Source: a virus. Taken from it: DNA of 61,754 nt. A model generated the notes under the pieces. That model did not search any database and was not told the origin of the DNA. It was given only the letters and a program-made list of their open reading frames with translations. Position numbers and translations under genes: made by a program. Positions within the stretch are counted from its first letter, which is position 1. The number at the start of each line of letters is the position of its first letter. The DNA lies in the IMG/VR virus record IMGVR_UViG_3300044983_000045, positions 1 through 61,754 of that record; one strand, given 5' to 3'. Of the stretch, positions 9,064 through 19,400 are shown in pieces.

Positions 9064-10025
9064 ATGTATTGGTGACTGGTGGTGCCGGCTACGTAGGCAG
9101 TCTGTTGGTGCCGGCCCTGCTTGAGCGTGGCCACTATGTCACGGTGATGGATTGGTTCCTCTACGGCGATTCGTTGAACGACCATCCCAGGTTGATCAAG
9201 GCGAAGGGCGACATCCGGACGATTAACCCCGCGCTGGTGTCAGGCCATACGGCCGTCATCCACCTCGCCTGCATCTCGAACGATCCGTCCTTTGAGCTCG
9301 ATCGCGGGCTCGGGAAGTCAGTCAACTACGACGCAACAAAGTGGCTCGTTGGGATGGCGAAGGATGCGGGTGTGAAACGGTTCATCTACGCGTCAAGTTC
9401 ATCGGTCTACGGCGTGAAGCCTGACGGTGTCGACGTGACTGAAGACCTCTCGCTTGAGCCGTTGACCGACTACAGCAAGTACAAGGCGCTTGGTGAACAC
9501 GTCGTCTTGAAGGCGCAGTCGAAGCACTTCACCACAACCGTGCTCAGACCGGCCACGCTCTGCGGCTATGCGCCACGGCAGCGGCTGGACCTGATCGTCA
9601 ACATCCTGACCAGCAAGGCGGTGCATGAGCGGGTGATTCCGGTACTCGGAGGCTCACAATCTCGTCCGAATCTCCATGTGGCCGATATGGTGCGCGCCTA
9701 CCTCGCCGTGCTCGACGCGCCAGCGAAACAGGTGGCCGGTCAGACGTTCAACGTCGGCTGTGAGAATGCCACGGTGTTGGAACTCGCGGAACGCGTGCAG
9801 GCCATCACGGGGGGAGCGTTTGTCTTTCGGCCGACGGATGACAAGCGGTCGTACGCGGTGAACAGCGACAAGATCGCCAGCGTGCTTGGTTTCCGTCCTC
9901 AATTCTCGATCGAGGATGCGGTGCGAGATCTCGTGGCCGCGTTTGCGGACGGGAAGGTGCCGAACGCGATGACCGATCCGATCTACTACAACATCAAGCA
10001 GATGCAGACATGTCACATCTCGTAA
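9060..10025 (+). CDS. NAD-dependent nucleotide-sugar epimerase/dehydratase (extended SDR), second copy
   Basis: [12 protein letters not shown]..., SSSSVYG, YSKYK (YxxxK). Confidence 0.8.
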   Translation: MNVLVTGGAGYVGSLLVPALLERGHYVTVMDWFLYGDSLNDHPRLIKAKGDIRTINPALVSGHTAVIHLACISNDPSFELDRGLGKSVNYDATKWLVGMAKDAGVKRFIYASSSSVYGVKPDGVDVTEDLSLEPLTDYSKYKALGEHVVLKAQSKHFTTTVLRPATLCGYAPRQRLDLIVNILTSKAVHERVIPVLGGSQSRPNLHVADMVRAYLAVLDAPAKQVAGQTFNVGCENATVLELAERVQAITGGAFVFRPTDDKRSYAVNSDKIASVLGFRPQFSIEDAVRDLVAAFADGKVPNAMTDPIYYNIKQMQTCHIS

Positions 10026-10720
10026 TCGTTGGCGGTTCGTCAGGCATCGGGCGCGACACGATTCCGTACATGGAGGGCATGGGCCATCGCGCCACGGCGT
10101 TGCCGAGAGGGACGCGGAACGTCTGCGATGCTGAGTATTTGCGGGACATTGATTCTAAAAATCCCGTGTCCAGCCTGTTGTTCTGTCAACGCTATCGAGG
10201 CGATGATGACGATTGGATCAACGAATGGGCTGTTTCTCTGACGAGGACGAAGGAACTAATTGAATGGAGCGCTGCGAATACGGCGGTGTCCTCCATCGTC
10301 GTGATGGCCTCTGTTGCTGCCGTCTCCGTCGAAGAAGAACAGCCCGTCAGCTACCACGCCTGTAAAGCCGCCCTCGTGGAGATGGTGAAGTACTACGCGG
10401 TGACGCTCGGGCCGAGGCGGATTCGTGTCAATGCCATCATCCCCGGTCTGACGATCAAGCCAGAAGCGCGGGCGTTCTACGACAGCCATCCTGAACTCGA
10501 AGCCACGTACCGAGACATCACACCGCTCGGGCGCATGGGCACCGTGGAAGACCTCGCGCACCTCGTGGACTTCCTGATCTCTGACCGTTCCAGTTATCTG
10601 ACGGGACAGACCATCACGCTCGATGGCGGCATCGGTCTCCGCTCGGCATGGGCGTTGGCGCGACGTGTTTCTCCGGCTCTCCGAGACATTCCGGTGACAC
10701 AACGAAAGGCGGCGAAGTGA
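10010..10720 (+). CDS. Short-chain dehydrogenase/reductase (classical SDR; ketoreductase-like)
   Basis: [18 protein letters not shown] (YxxxK) and a RVNAIIPG...GR.G..EDLA...FL.SD.SSY.TGQ tail. Confidence 0.75.
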   Translation: MSHLVIVGGSSGIGRDTIPYMEGMGHRATALPRGTRNVCDAEYLRDIDSKNPVSSLLFCQRYRGDDDDWINEWAVSLTRTKELIEWSAANTAVSSIVVMASVAAVSVEEEQPVSYHACKAALVEMVKYYAVTLGPRRIRVNAIIPGLTIKPEARAFYDSHPELEATYRDITPLGRMGTVEDLAHLVDFLISDRSSYLTGQTITLDGGIGLRSAWALARRVSPALRDIPVTQRKAAK

Positions 10721-11910
10721 AGGACTGCGTGCGTGTGACGGCCTGTCGGCTCTGCGATGGTCCACTCGATCTGATCGTCTCATTCACGCCGACACCGTTG
10801 GGCGATCAGTACCTCAAAGAGCCTCAGCCCCAAGCGTGTTATCCGCTGGACCTGATGACCTGCCGATCATGTGGGGCGGTGCAGCTCGCGGACACGGTGA
10901 ACCCTGCAGCGATCTATACGGACTACATCTACACAACATCGATCTCGCCTGGATTGGATGAGCATTTCGACCGCTACGCCGAGTCGGTGCTAGAACGGGT
11001 GAAGCCGAAGCGTGGCGCGTTCGTAGTGGACATCGGCAGTAACGATGGGACGTTGCTCAAGGCGTTCGACAAACGCGGATGCTTCGTGGCTGGCGTTGAA
11101 CCGGCCGAGAGAATCGCTGAATTGGCGAGGGAATCGGACATTCCGACGTATTGCGGATTCTTCGGTCAAGCCTTCGCTGAAGAGATCCTGCAGGGAGAGA
11201 GCCTCGCCGACATCATCACCGCGAATCATGTCATGGCGAACGTGCCTGATCTCCACGACTTTATCAAAGGCGTGAAGACGCTGCTGGCACCGGACGGGAC
11301 GTTCGTCTTCGAGACGGGCTATTGGCCGGCGATCATGCGGAATAGGCTCATCGACACGATCGAGCACGAACACATTCACTACTTCGCTGCGACGCCGTTG
11401 GCGAGTTTTTTCCTCAGTCATGGCTTGACGCTTGGAAGGGTCGAAGAACAGCCAACAAAGGGCGGATCTCTTCGTGGGTATGTCCGGCACGTTGGCGATG
11501 GGCCTGTCTGGACGTCACCACTGCTGGCCGTCACTGAGCGCGCGAGTTTAGACGCTGACCATCAAGCAGCGTTGGCGTGCGAGATTTCCGCATTGCGCTC
11601 AGAGATTGGTTTGTGCGTGGCCACGAAGCCCAAGTCGGAACGGTGGGTCGGCTACGGGGCCGCGGTTGGCTCCACGCTCCTGTGCCATCATTTCGGACTC
11701 GGAGACGTCCTGACCGAGCTCTGGGACGACAACTCCAGCAGACATGGGCTCGTGTCTCCAGGCTTTCATCTTCCCGTCGTGGCGCCGAACAGTTCACAGC
11801 CTGACCGTATCGTCATTTTGGCGTGGCGCTATGCCGACAGGATCATGGCGGCCCATCCAGAGCACGCGGGGAAGTGGATTATCCCATTGCCGTCATTGAG
11901 GTTCACATGA
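10717..11910 (+). CDS. NDP-sugar C-methyltransferase (TylCIII-like, with N-terminal Zn-ribbon)
   Basis: GTG 10717 overlaps the upstream TGA. CRLCDG...CRSCGAVQL Zn-ribbon, then [12 protein letters not shown], then SAM motif [12 protein letters not shown], then a C-terminal extension. This is the architecture of sugar C3/C5 C-methyltransferases. Confidence 0.7.
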   Translation: MKDCVRVTACRLCDGPLDLIVSFTPTPLGDQYLKEPQPQACYPLDLMTCRSCGAVQLADTVNPAAIYTDYIYTTSISPGLDEHFDRYAESVLERVKPKRGAFVVDIGSNDGTLLKAFDKRGCFVAGVEPAERIAELARESDIPTYCGFFGQAFAEEILQGESLADIITANHVMANVPDLHDFIKGVKTLLAPDGTFVFETGYWPAIMRNRLIDTIEHEHIHYFAATPLASFFLSHGLTLGRVEEQPTKGGSLRGYVRHVGDGPVWTSPLLAVTERASLDADHQAALACEISALRSEIGLCVATKPKSERWVGYGAAVGSTLLCHHFGLGDVLTELWDDNSSRHGLVSPGFHLPVVAPNSSQPDRIVILAWRYADRIMAAHPEHAGKWIIPLPSLRFT

Positions 11911-12902
11911 CCTCACTGCTGGACTTCTACCAACAGCACAACATCTCTCCGGTGCGTCAGGACATCACCGATCTGCCGGCGCACTTCGCACGACGGGCGG
12001 GTCTGTATCGGTCGCTCGGCCTGCCACCGATGGCGGTTAAAGGCAAGACAGTCTTGGAAGTGGGTCCGGGTTCAGGGGAAAACGCGCTCTACACGGTGTC
12101 GTTGAAGCCGCTATTGTATCGGGCTCTGGAGCCGAACAAGACGGCCGCGCAGAAACTGCTTGATCGATTCCCGCCGACACGGACGCCTATAGTCGGGGTC
12201 ATCCATCAACGCGTTGAGGATTTCGACAGGGATCGGCGGTTTGACATCGTGCTTTGTGAAGGCTTGCTCGGCCTCTGCGGCACGGATCCGCGACAGCTTC
12301 TCGAGGCCGTGGCCAAACACGTCGCGCCTGACGGGGTGTTGGTCATCACCTGCATCGACGCGATCTCCGATCATGCGGAAGTTCTGAGACGAGCACAGGC
12401 CCAACAACTCATTGACCGGTCGGCCCCGCTCGCGGACCAAGTGGCCATTCTCAGACCGGTGTTCGCGCCGCACCTCGCCACATTGAAAGGCATGACTCGG
12501 AGCGTGGACGACTGGATCATCGACAACCTGCTGAATCCGGCGTCTATCGGGCCAACGTTCTCGATTCCAGAGGCGTGCGAGGCGTTAGGCGGACGATTCG
12601 ATGTTCTGGGCTGTTCACCACGCTTTCTGATGGATTGGCGCTGGTACAAAGACAGCCCTGCCGGGAATCAGTGGGCGATCGACGCCTACTGGGCACAGGC
12701 GCACAACCTCCTCGACTACCGAAGCATCCGTCCACCCCGCGCAGAGGCCGATAACCGTGCTCTCTTGGCCGGTTATGAGAAATACCGTGAAGAACTACGA
12801 GCCTACGAACATGGTCATGGCAGGCTGCCCAATATAGGAACCATTGATCCTGCGTGGTTTGGTCGTGGCCAGCAGTATCTAAGCTTTGTACGCCATGACT
12901 GA
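11907..12902 (+). CDS. Class I SAM-dependent methyltransferase
   Basis: ATG 11907 overlaps the upstream TGA. Motif I VLEVGPGSGENAL; later FDIVLCEGLL. Confidence 0.7.
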   Translation: MTSLLDFYQQHNISPVRQDITDLPAHFARRAGLYRSLGLPPMAVKGKTVLEVGPGSGENALYTVSLKPLLYRALEPNKTAAQKLLDRFPPTRTPIVGVIHQRVEDFDRDRRFDIVLCEGLLGLCGTDPRQLLEAVAKHVAPDGVLVITCIDAISDHAEVLRRAQAQQLIDRSAPLADQVAILRPVFAPHLATLKGMTRSVDDWIIDNLLNPASIGPTFSIPEACEALGGRFDVLGCSPRFLMDWRWYKDSPAGNQWAIDAYWAQAHNLLDYRSIRPPRAEADNRALLAGYEKYREELRAYEHGHGRLPNIGTIDPAWFGRGQQYLSFVRHD

Positions 12903-13086
12903 CCGCCTATTAGACGTCGCCACGGTGGCACGTCGCTTGGGGGTATCGGATCGCACGGTGCGTTTGTGGATTAGTAAAGGCCTTGTTCCAGAAGCGGTGC
13001 AGACGTTTACTGGTCGACTCAAGATTCCGCTCTCCGCCCTCACTCGCCTACGAAAGACGGAAAAGTCGGTAGCGGATGCGCCCTAA
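12895..13086 (+). CDS. Excisionase/MerR-type helix-turn-helix DNA-binding protein
   Basis: LLDVATVARRLGVSDRTVRLWISKGLVP is a typical excisionase-family HTH. It sits just upstream of the HNH-terminase module. Confidence 0.6.
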   Translation: MTDRLLDVATVARRLGVSDRTVRLWISKGLVPEAVQTFTGRLKIPLSALTRLRKTEKSVADAP

Positions 13087-13122
13087 ACCGCTCAGTTACC
13101 CGCACAATGGACGCATCCACTA

Positions 13123-13602
13123 ATGCGCTACTGCGCTCAGCCTCACTGCACGGTACTGGTGAATAAGGGACGCTGCCCGACCCATGCCAAGCAGGTGGAC
13201 ATCGCCCGTGGTACCGCCCAACAGCGCGGCTATGACTATGCCTGGAGCCAATACAGCGCCCGCTTCAGAGCAGAACACCCTGTGTGTGGGGAGCGCGCAG
13301 ACGGCAGCATGGACCCTGTCAACAGCCGTTGTGTCCAGCGTGGCCTGACGACACCCGCTGAGTGTGTGGACCACACGGTACCGCTCAGATCCGCGCGTTC
13401 ACCAGAAGAACGGGAGCGTCTGAAGTGGGACGCGCGCAATCACATGAGCGCCTGTCTCGAGTGCAATAGCTGGAAGGCCAACACCCTCGAACGCCAACCC
13501 CACGCACCTGAGAGGGGAGGGTGGGTCAAATCCTCAGAGACTGAAGGCATCCAAACCGCTCCGGAGGTCGCCTCGCGTGAGGTTGGAATCAAGACGGCGT
13601 GA
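13123..13602 (+). CDS. HNH endonuclease (terminase-associated)
   Basis: C..C pairs plus VDHTVPL...NHMSACLECNSWKA. Its position immediately 5' of terS/terL matches HK97-like cos phages. Confidence 0.8.
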   Translation: MRYCAQPHCTVLVNKGRCPTHAKQVDIARGTAQQRGYDYAWSQYSARFRAEHPVCGERADGSMDPVNSRCVQRGLTTPAECVDHTVPLRSARSPEERERLKWDARNHMSACLECNSWKANTLERQPHAPERGGWVKSSETEGIQTAPEVASREVGIKTA

Positions 13603-13613
13603 AGGAAATCAAG

Positions 13614-14135
13614 ATGGCCAATGGACACGGAGGGTTACGGGTAGGGGCAGGGAGGAAGGGACGCGGGGCGCGCGTGTTGGCGTTGCATGGCGGTCGGGTC
13701 CGTTCAGAGTCTGCCAAACGTGAGCAAGCGGCGCCTATTGTGCCTCAAGAGCCGGTGAACACACCGGAGGCGCTCTCAGACGCTCAGAAAGCCGTCTGGA
13801 ATGACCTGGCGCCGCACGCGACTAAGGCAGGCACATTGACGCCGGCCACTGCGGTGAGCTTCCAGCGGCTCTGCACGGCCATCGTGAAGCACGCGCGGTG
13901 GGAGGCGCAGATCGCGACGGACGGGGACACCTACCTGAAGGTCACGATCGACGGCGCCGGACAGGAGCACACGGAGGTCAAGGCGCATCCGCTGATTGCG
14001 AAGTCCCAGGCGCTCGACAAGGACATCCGCGGGTGGATGAAGGAGTTCATCATCAGCCCTGTCGGGAAGCCGATCGTGCAGCCGACCAAGGTCGAGGATC
14101 CGTTTGAGGAGTTCACGGGAGCCGGCACGCAGTGA
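13614..14135 (+). CDS. terS: Terminase small subunit (P27 family)
   Basis: LSDAQKAVWNDLAP...TLTPATAVSFQRLC...ARWEAQI...HPLIAKSQALDKDIRGWMKEF. ATG 13614 follows AAGGAA; an alternative GTG start is at 13599. Confidence 0.75.
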   Translation: MANGHGGLRVGAGRKGRGARVLALHGGRVRSESAKREQAAPIVPQEPVNTPEALSDAQKAVWNDLAPHATKAGTLTPATAVSFQRLCTAIVKHARWEAQIATDGDTYLKVTIDGAGQEHTEVKAHPLIAKSQALDKDIRGWMKEFIISPVGKPIVQPTKVEDPFEEFTGAGTQ

Positions 14136-15802
14136 ACCCAGTCGACGACTACGCGCGTGCGGTGGTCGCGGGCGACGTGCCAGCCGGGAAGTACCACCGG
14201 CTCGCCTGTGCTCGGCATCTGAAAGACCGTGCTCGCGAAGCATCCGAGGGTTTCCCGTATCGGTTCGACCTGTCGAAAGCTGAACGGTTTTTTCGTTTTG
14301 CTGAGAAGTTGAAACACTACAAGGGAGAATGGGCAGGGCAATTCATCCAGCTGCGGCCGTACCAGAAGTTCCGCCTCGGGTCGATCTTTGGCTGGGTCCA
14401 TGTCGGGACCGACATGCGACGGTTCCGGAACTCCTACAGCGAGATTCCGAGAAAGAACGGCAAATCGCTCGAAGCAGCCGTTGTGGCGCTCTACCAGACG
14501 TTCTTCGACGGCGAGCCAGGGGCGGAGGGCTACTGCGCGGCGACGAAACGGGACCAAGCCGCCATCGTGTTCAACGACTGTAAGAAACTGGTCCAGTCGT
14601 CAGGGCTCAAGACGCGGATCGCGGTGCAGGTCTCGAACCTCCACCGAGACGATACCGCCTCGAAGCTCGAGCCGCTCGGGGCCGACCACGATTCGACGGA
14701 CGGCTTGAACCCGAACCTGATCATCATTGATGAGATGCACGCGCACAAGAACCGCGGACTCATCGATGTGCTCGAGACGGCGACTGGCGCACGCCGGCAA
14801 CCGCTCGTCTTCAAGATCACGACGGCTGGAGACGATCCGGTCACACCAGGCGGCGATGAACATGACTACGCGTGCAAAGTGCTCGAAGACGTTCTGAAGG
14901 ATGAGAGCTACTTCGCGTTCATTGCCCATGCGGATCCACAGGATGACTGGAAGCTGCCGGCGACGGCGATGAAGGCGAACCCCAACTATGGTGTATCGGT
15001 CAACGCAGAGGATCTGGCGTCGAAAGTCACAAAGGCCACGTCGATGCCGTCGGCCGCGGCCACGTACAAACAGAAACACCTAAACCTCTGGGTGAATGCG
15101 ACCGCGCCGTGTCTATCCGTGGAAGGCTGGCGGAAAGGCCAGAGCGACTGGGAGATTGACGAACTCGAACATGAACCGTGTTTCGTCGGGGTCGACCTCG
15201 CGTCAAAGATCGACCTCTGCGCGGTGTCGTTTGTCTTCCCGCCTGGAGTCGGCCGGCCGAAGTGGCGGATCTTCCAACAGCTCTGGACGCCGGCTGACAC
15301 CCTCATCGACCGAGCGCATCGGGACCGGGCGCCGTATCCAGTGTGGGTCGACCAGGGCTGGTTGATGGCCGTGCCAGGGACATCGATCGATCACGACGTG
15401 GTGAGACAGGCGATTCTTGAACTCCGCGACAAGTTCGACATCCAACAGATTGGGTTCGACCCGTGGCACGCGGATACGCCGATCAAGAACCTTGTGAACG
15501 TCGATGGATTCTCGGAAGAGCAGGTGATCGCGGTGCCGCAGACGTTTGCCGGGATGAGTGGCGCGTGTCTCCGGGTCCAGGCGGACATCCTCGCAGGGGA
15601 CATCGACGCGCGGCGGTGTCCGGTAACGGCGTGGGCCGTGTCTAACACTGTAGGTCAGCGGGACGGGAAGGATAACCTGATGTTCGCGAAGGGTAAGAGC
15701 CGCGGGCGGATCGACCCGGTGATCTCGGCGACGGTGGGGGTGAGTCTGGCGATTCGGCACACGGCGGTGCAGCCGGTGGATACATGGGCGGAATGGCTCT
15801 AG
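14132..15802 (+). CDS. terL: Terminase large subunit
   Basis: 556 aa. FRFAEKLKHYKGEWAGQ...LRPYQKF, Walker-like region, and IIIDEMHAH with a C-terminal nuclease half, as in Terminase_1/HK97-like TerL. Confidence 0.9.
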   Translation: MNPVDDYARAVVAGDVPAGKYHRLACARHLKDRAREASEGFPYRFDLSKAERFFRFAEKLKHYKGEWAGQFIQLRPYQKFRLGSIFGWVHVGTDMRRFRNSYSEIPRKNGKSLEAAVVALYQTFFDGEPGAEGYCAATKRDQAAIVFNDCKKLVQSSGLKTRIAVQVSNLHRDDTASKLEPLGADHDSTDGLNPNLIIIDEMHAHKNRGLIDVLETATGARRQPLVFKITTAGDDPVTPGGDEHDYACKVLEDVLKDESYFAFIAHADPQDDWKLPATAMKANPNYGVSVNAEDLASKVTKATSMPSAAATYKQKHLNLWVNATAPCLSVEGWRKGQSDWEIDELEHEPCFVGVDLASKIDLCAVSFVFPPGVGRPKWRIFQQLWTPADTLIDRAHRDRAPYPVWVDQGWLMAVPGTSIDHDVVRQAILELRDKFDIQQIGFDPWHADTPIKNLVNVDGFSEEQVIAVPQTFAGMSGACLRVQADILAGDIDARRCPVTAWAVSNTVGQRDGKDNLMFAKGKSRGRIDPVISATVGVSLAIRHTAVQPVDTWAEWL

Positions 15803-15814
15803 GAGGACGGGTGA

Positions 15815-18580
15815 GTGTCTAACCTGCCAGTGCGTCAGTCCGGCCTCACACGTCTTGAGCGTATCAAGGAGGCGGTGCGGTCCTATTGGCTGGGACCGAT
15901 CATGTCCAGCGACCCACGCGCCAGAGACTTCTTCGGCGGATCGCCCACCAGTACAGGCGTGTCGGTCGATGAGTTCTCCGCGATGAACTACTCGGCCGTC
16001 TATGCCGCGGTGCAGTTGATTTCGTCGCAGGTCGGCAATCTGCCTCTGGTCCTGTACAAGAAGCTACCAGGAGGCGGGAAGACCCGCTACGAGGCGCATC
16101 CGCTCTATCGACTTGTGCATGATCGGCCGAATCCGGAGATGTCGTCACTCGTCTGGCGCGAGAGCCTTCAGGCGCATGTGTTGACGTGGGGCAATCTGTA
16201 TTCGGAGATCGTCCGCAATGGCGAAGGGCGTCCTGTGGCGCTGTGGCCGATTACACCAGACCGAGTGACGCCGTTTCGTCGTGGGTCGGATACCCCGCTC
16301 GAGTATCGCATCGTGAATGGTGACGGGAGCGATGATTTTATCGCCGCCGCCGACATGATCCACGTACCAGGGCTGGGGTTCAACGGGATCATCGGCTATT
16401 CCGTCATCCAGAAAATGCGGGAGTCGATCGGGCTCGGCATGGCCGCGGAGCGCTTCGGTGGCGCGATGTACGGGAACGGTCTGGCCATCGGTGGCGTCGT
16501 GTCCTTTAAAGGCCCGAAGCCGCAAGAACTCTCAGACGCCAACTATCTCGCCTCGCTCAACTCGAAGCATCAAGGCGTGGATCGCGCGCATAGAATCCTC
16601 GCGCTCTACAACGATGCGAAGTACGAGCGGATGAACATTCCGCCGAACGACGCTCAGTTCCTCGAAACGCGGCAATTCCAGGTCGATGAAATTGCACGGT
16701 GGTTCAATCTCCCGCCGCACAAACTCAAAGAACTGATGCGCTCGACGAACAACAACATCGAACACCAGAACCTGGAGTATTACATTGACTGCCTGTCGCC
16801 GTGGCTGGAACGGTGGGAACAGGAACTCTGCGAGAAGCTGATTTCGCCACTAGAGCGGAATCAGCAGGAGATCGAGTTCGTCGCGGACGGCCTCTTGCGC
16901 GGAGATGTGACATCCCGTGGAGAGTTCTACAGTAAGCAATTCAGCATTGCGGGGCTGAAGCCGAACGAGATGCGAGCGAGCGAGAATCGTAACCCGATCG
17001 ATGGCGGGGACGACGCGTTCGTCGCACTGAATCTCATTCCGTTGAAGTTGGCGGTTCCGTATTACGAGGCGTTGATCGATTCGACGAAAGCGAAGGCCGA
17101 AGCGGATCGGCGTCCACCGCCGCCTCCTCCGCCGCCGCCGGGCAATGACCAGAATGCCGGACGGGCGTGGGAAGTGCTTCAGGAGGAACTCGCGACAGCG
17201 CGCCGGATCGCGCAAGAGTTGGAAGACGCCAAGGATCGGGCGGCTGTCGAAAGTGCGTCCGCACTCGCGCGAGAACAGGAAGCACGGAAGGCCGACGTGG
17301 AGCGGCTGACGGCTGAGGCTACCAGGATCGGCCTTGATCTGATGAATGCCGTCCGCGATAGGGGCGTGGTGGTTGAGGAGCGCGATGCGGAGCGCAGCCG
17401 CAACGCTGACCATGCGGCGGCAACCGCGTCGATGGAAGCAGCCGCGGTGGAGCTTCGTGCCCAAATCGCGACGCTGACCACGGAAAGCGAGGCGACACAG
17501 CGCGAACTCGCCACCGCCACGGAACGCATCGCCCTGATCGAAGCCGACTATCAGCGAGTGTGCGGAGAGAAGACGAATCTTGAAGGCTGCGTCACGTCGG
17601 CCGGCCTCACGATCATAGCGCTGGAAACCGAACGCACCGAACTCAAGAGCCAGGCGGAAGGACTCAGTCTCGATGTCGTCAAGGCGCAGCGTGAGACGGC
17701 AGCAGCCGAGGCACGCGCGGCCGAGGTGGAAGTCGGACGGTCAGAGGCGCTGACGCTCGCCGCTGAGACTGCAATCGCACGGGACGAAGCACTGGCGACC
17801 GCTGAGCGGGCTGAGGCAGCCCGCGTGGAATGGCAACAGCAGGCCGAGAGCCTGAAGGCGGCGGCTCAACAGGTCGATAGCGAACGCGCACAGGAACGCG
17901 AGACAGCACTACAGCGCATCGCGGCCTTGGAAGCGGAAGGCCAACGGCTGATCGAGGCGCGGACCCATGCCGATGAAGTAAATCAGGCGACCGTGACGGA
18001 ACTCCGCGGACAGATCGACGCCGTAACGCAGGAAATGGCGTCCACCACGGCGGCGCTGCTTGAGGCGAAGACCGTGATCGGGACGCTGGAGGCGACACGT
18101 GACAGCCAGCGCGCACTCCTGACGGCCTCAGACGAGGCCATCGCGGCTCACACGGCGGTGCGTCAGCAGCTCGAAACACGACTCGCGGAGACACGATTGG
18201 CCATCCGCGGCACCGTCGTTGATGCAGTGAACCGCCTGCTGGCCAAGGAAACGGAACGGGCTCGAAAGGCCCAAGCCTCACCGGAAAAGTTGGGTGCCTG
18301 GATCCATACGTTCTATCCGATCCATGAGGACTTCTGCCGGATCGCTCTGAAGCCGGCGGTGCGTGCATTGTTGATCGCACACGGGTCCGATGTGCCCGTC
18401 GATCGTCTGTTGGACCGAATGGTGCTCGCGCACATCAGCGAGTCGACGCGGCAGTTGCAGGGCGTGCTGCAGGATTCAGACATCGAGAGTCTCCCGCCGG
18501 CGCTGGAACGTCTGCTGCGTCGATGGGAAGCGGAACGGGCGGAATCGTTTGCCGATCGCATTTTAACCGAGGTGGCCTAG
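15815..18580 (+). CDS. Portal protein (HK97 family) with an approximately 500-aa C-terminal coiled-coil extension
   Basis: AGGAGGA lies 8 nt upstream of GTG 15815. The first ~420 aa have portal motifs (VSVDEFSAMNYSAVYAAVQLIS...WFNLPPHKL...). Then come a P10 linker (17117-17146) and a long A/E/R/Q-rich heptad-like region. Confidence 0.85.
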   Translation: MSNLPVRQSGLTRLERIKEAVRSYWLGPIMSSDPRARDFFGGSPTSTGVSVDEFSAMNYSAVYAAVQLISSQVGNLPLVLYKKLPGGGKTRYEAHPLYRLVHDRPNPEMSSLVWRESLQAHVLTWGNLYSEIVRNGEGRPVALWPITPDRVTPFRRGSDTPLEYRIVNGDGSDDFIAAADMIHVPGLGFNGIIGYSVIQKMRESIGLGMAAERFGGAMYGNGLAIGGVVSFKGPKPQELSDANYLASLNSKHQGVDRAHRILALYNDAKYERMNIPPNDAQFLETRQFQVDEIARWFNLPPHKLKELMRSTNNNIEHQNLEYYIDCLSPWLERWEQELCEKLISPLERNQQEIEFVADGLLRGDVTSRGEFYSKQFSIAGLKPNEMRASENRNPIDGGDDAFVALNLIPLKLAVPYYEALIDSTKAKAEADRRPPPPPPPPPGNDQNAGRAWEVLQEELATARRIAQELEDAKDRAAVESASALAREQEARKADVERLTAEATRIGLDLMNAVRDRGVVVEERDAERSRNADHAAATASMEAAAVELRAQIATLTTESEATQRELATATERIALIEADYQRVCGEKTNLEGCVTSAGLTIIALETERTELKSQAEGLSLDVVKAQRETAAAEARAAEVEVGRSEALTLAAETAIARDEALATAERAEAARVEWQQQAESLKAAAQQVDSERAQERETALQRIAALEAEGQRLIEARTHADEVNQATVTELRGQIDAVTQEMASTTAALLEAKTVIGTLEATRDSQRALLTASDEAIAAHTAVRQQLETRLAETRLAIRGTVVDAVNRLLAKETERARKAQASPEKLGAWIHTFYPIHEDFCRIALKPAVRALLIAHGSDVPVDRLLDRMVLAHISESTRQLQGVLQDSDIESLPPALERLLRRWEAERAESFADRILTEVA

Positions 18581-19152
18581 TGGACACTCTTGAACGTCGC
18601 GCCTTCGTCGACTGCCGCGTGGACGCCATCGACAATCGCCGTCTTCGTGGATACGCGATCGTCTTCAACGCCCGAAGCCAGAACCTGGGCGGGTTTCAGG
18701 AAATCATCGCACCAGAGGCGATCGATCGCACGTTCAAGGAAGCGATTGACGTGCGGGCACTGGTGGATCATGAATCGTCCAAGGTGATCGGACGCCTGCG
18801 GGCCGGCACGTTGGACATGAAGAAAGACGGCAAAGGGCTCCGTGTCACCATTGAGCCCGATCCGGACATCAGTTACGCGCGAGACATCATGCTGGCGGTC
18901 AAGCGCGGCGATGTGTCAGGCATGAGCTTCGCGTTCCGCACGATCGAGGACGACTGGAACTACGAAGACGACAACATGCCGCTGCGGACGGTACTCGACA
19001 TGCGGGTGAGCGAGGTGAGCATCGTCACGTTCCCGGCGTATACCCAGACGGACGTCCAGGTCGCGCAGCGTTCCATGCAGGAGTTTGTGGCACACCGCAA
19101 GGGCATGTCTGTCGATTTCGCGCGGAAACTTCATCAAACGAGGTTGGCATGA
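18580..19152 (+). CDS. Prohead maturation protease (HK97 family, S78-like)
   Basis: GTG 18580 overlaps the portal TAG. LRGYAIVFN...GFQEIIAPEA...VRALVDHESSKVIGR...GDVSGMSFAF. Confidence 0.85.
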   Translation: MDTLERRAFVDCRVDAIDNRRLRGYAIVFNARSQNLGGFQEIIAPEAIDRTFKEAIDVRALVDHESSKVIGRLRAGTLDMKKDGKGLRVTIEPDPDISYARDIMLAVKRGDVSGMSFAFRTIEDDWNYEDDNMPLRTVLDMRVSEVSIVTFPAYTQTDVQVAQRSMQEFVAHRKGMSVDFARKLHQTRLA

Positions 19153-19400
19153 GCGACGGCTGGCATCCGATCAGTGACGACGGCGAGCGCATGGTGACCG
19201 CTGCACCGATGGGCTATTCGCTGTATGCCGTGCATGGATCGATCGATCCGACGGCGTCCACGCGACGGTTTCACTGGTCCGGATTCGTGCCAGAGTTCGC
19301 GCACGCCGAGCAGTGGTTGAAGGACGGACAGATCATCGGCGAGATCGTGGAGATCACGGTGACGCCGAAACCGGTGAAGGTCAAGAGTGGGGCGGCGTAG
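19149..19400 (+). CDS. Hypothetical protein
   Basis: 83-aa ORF coupled by ATGA to the protease gene. Confidence 0.5.
   Translation: MSDGWHPISDDGERMVTAAPMGYSLYAVHGSIDPTASTRRFHWSGFVPEFAHAEQWLKDGQIIGEIVEITVTPKPVKVKSGAA

Noticed and set aside
2717-12902. Sugar island as a DNA hypermodification (base glycosylation) system
   Set aside because: I found no hydroxymethylase or thymidylate-synthase-like gene, no dNMP kinase and no DNA glucosyltransferase-like gene. The linked transferases are protein- or lipid-type (GT41, GT2, CgeB-like, GT-C). This is not fully excluded.
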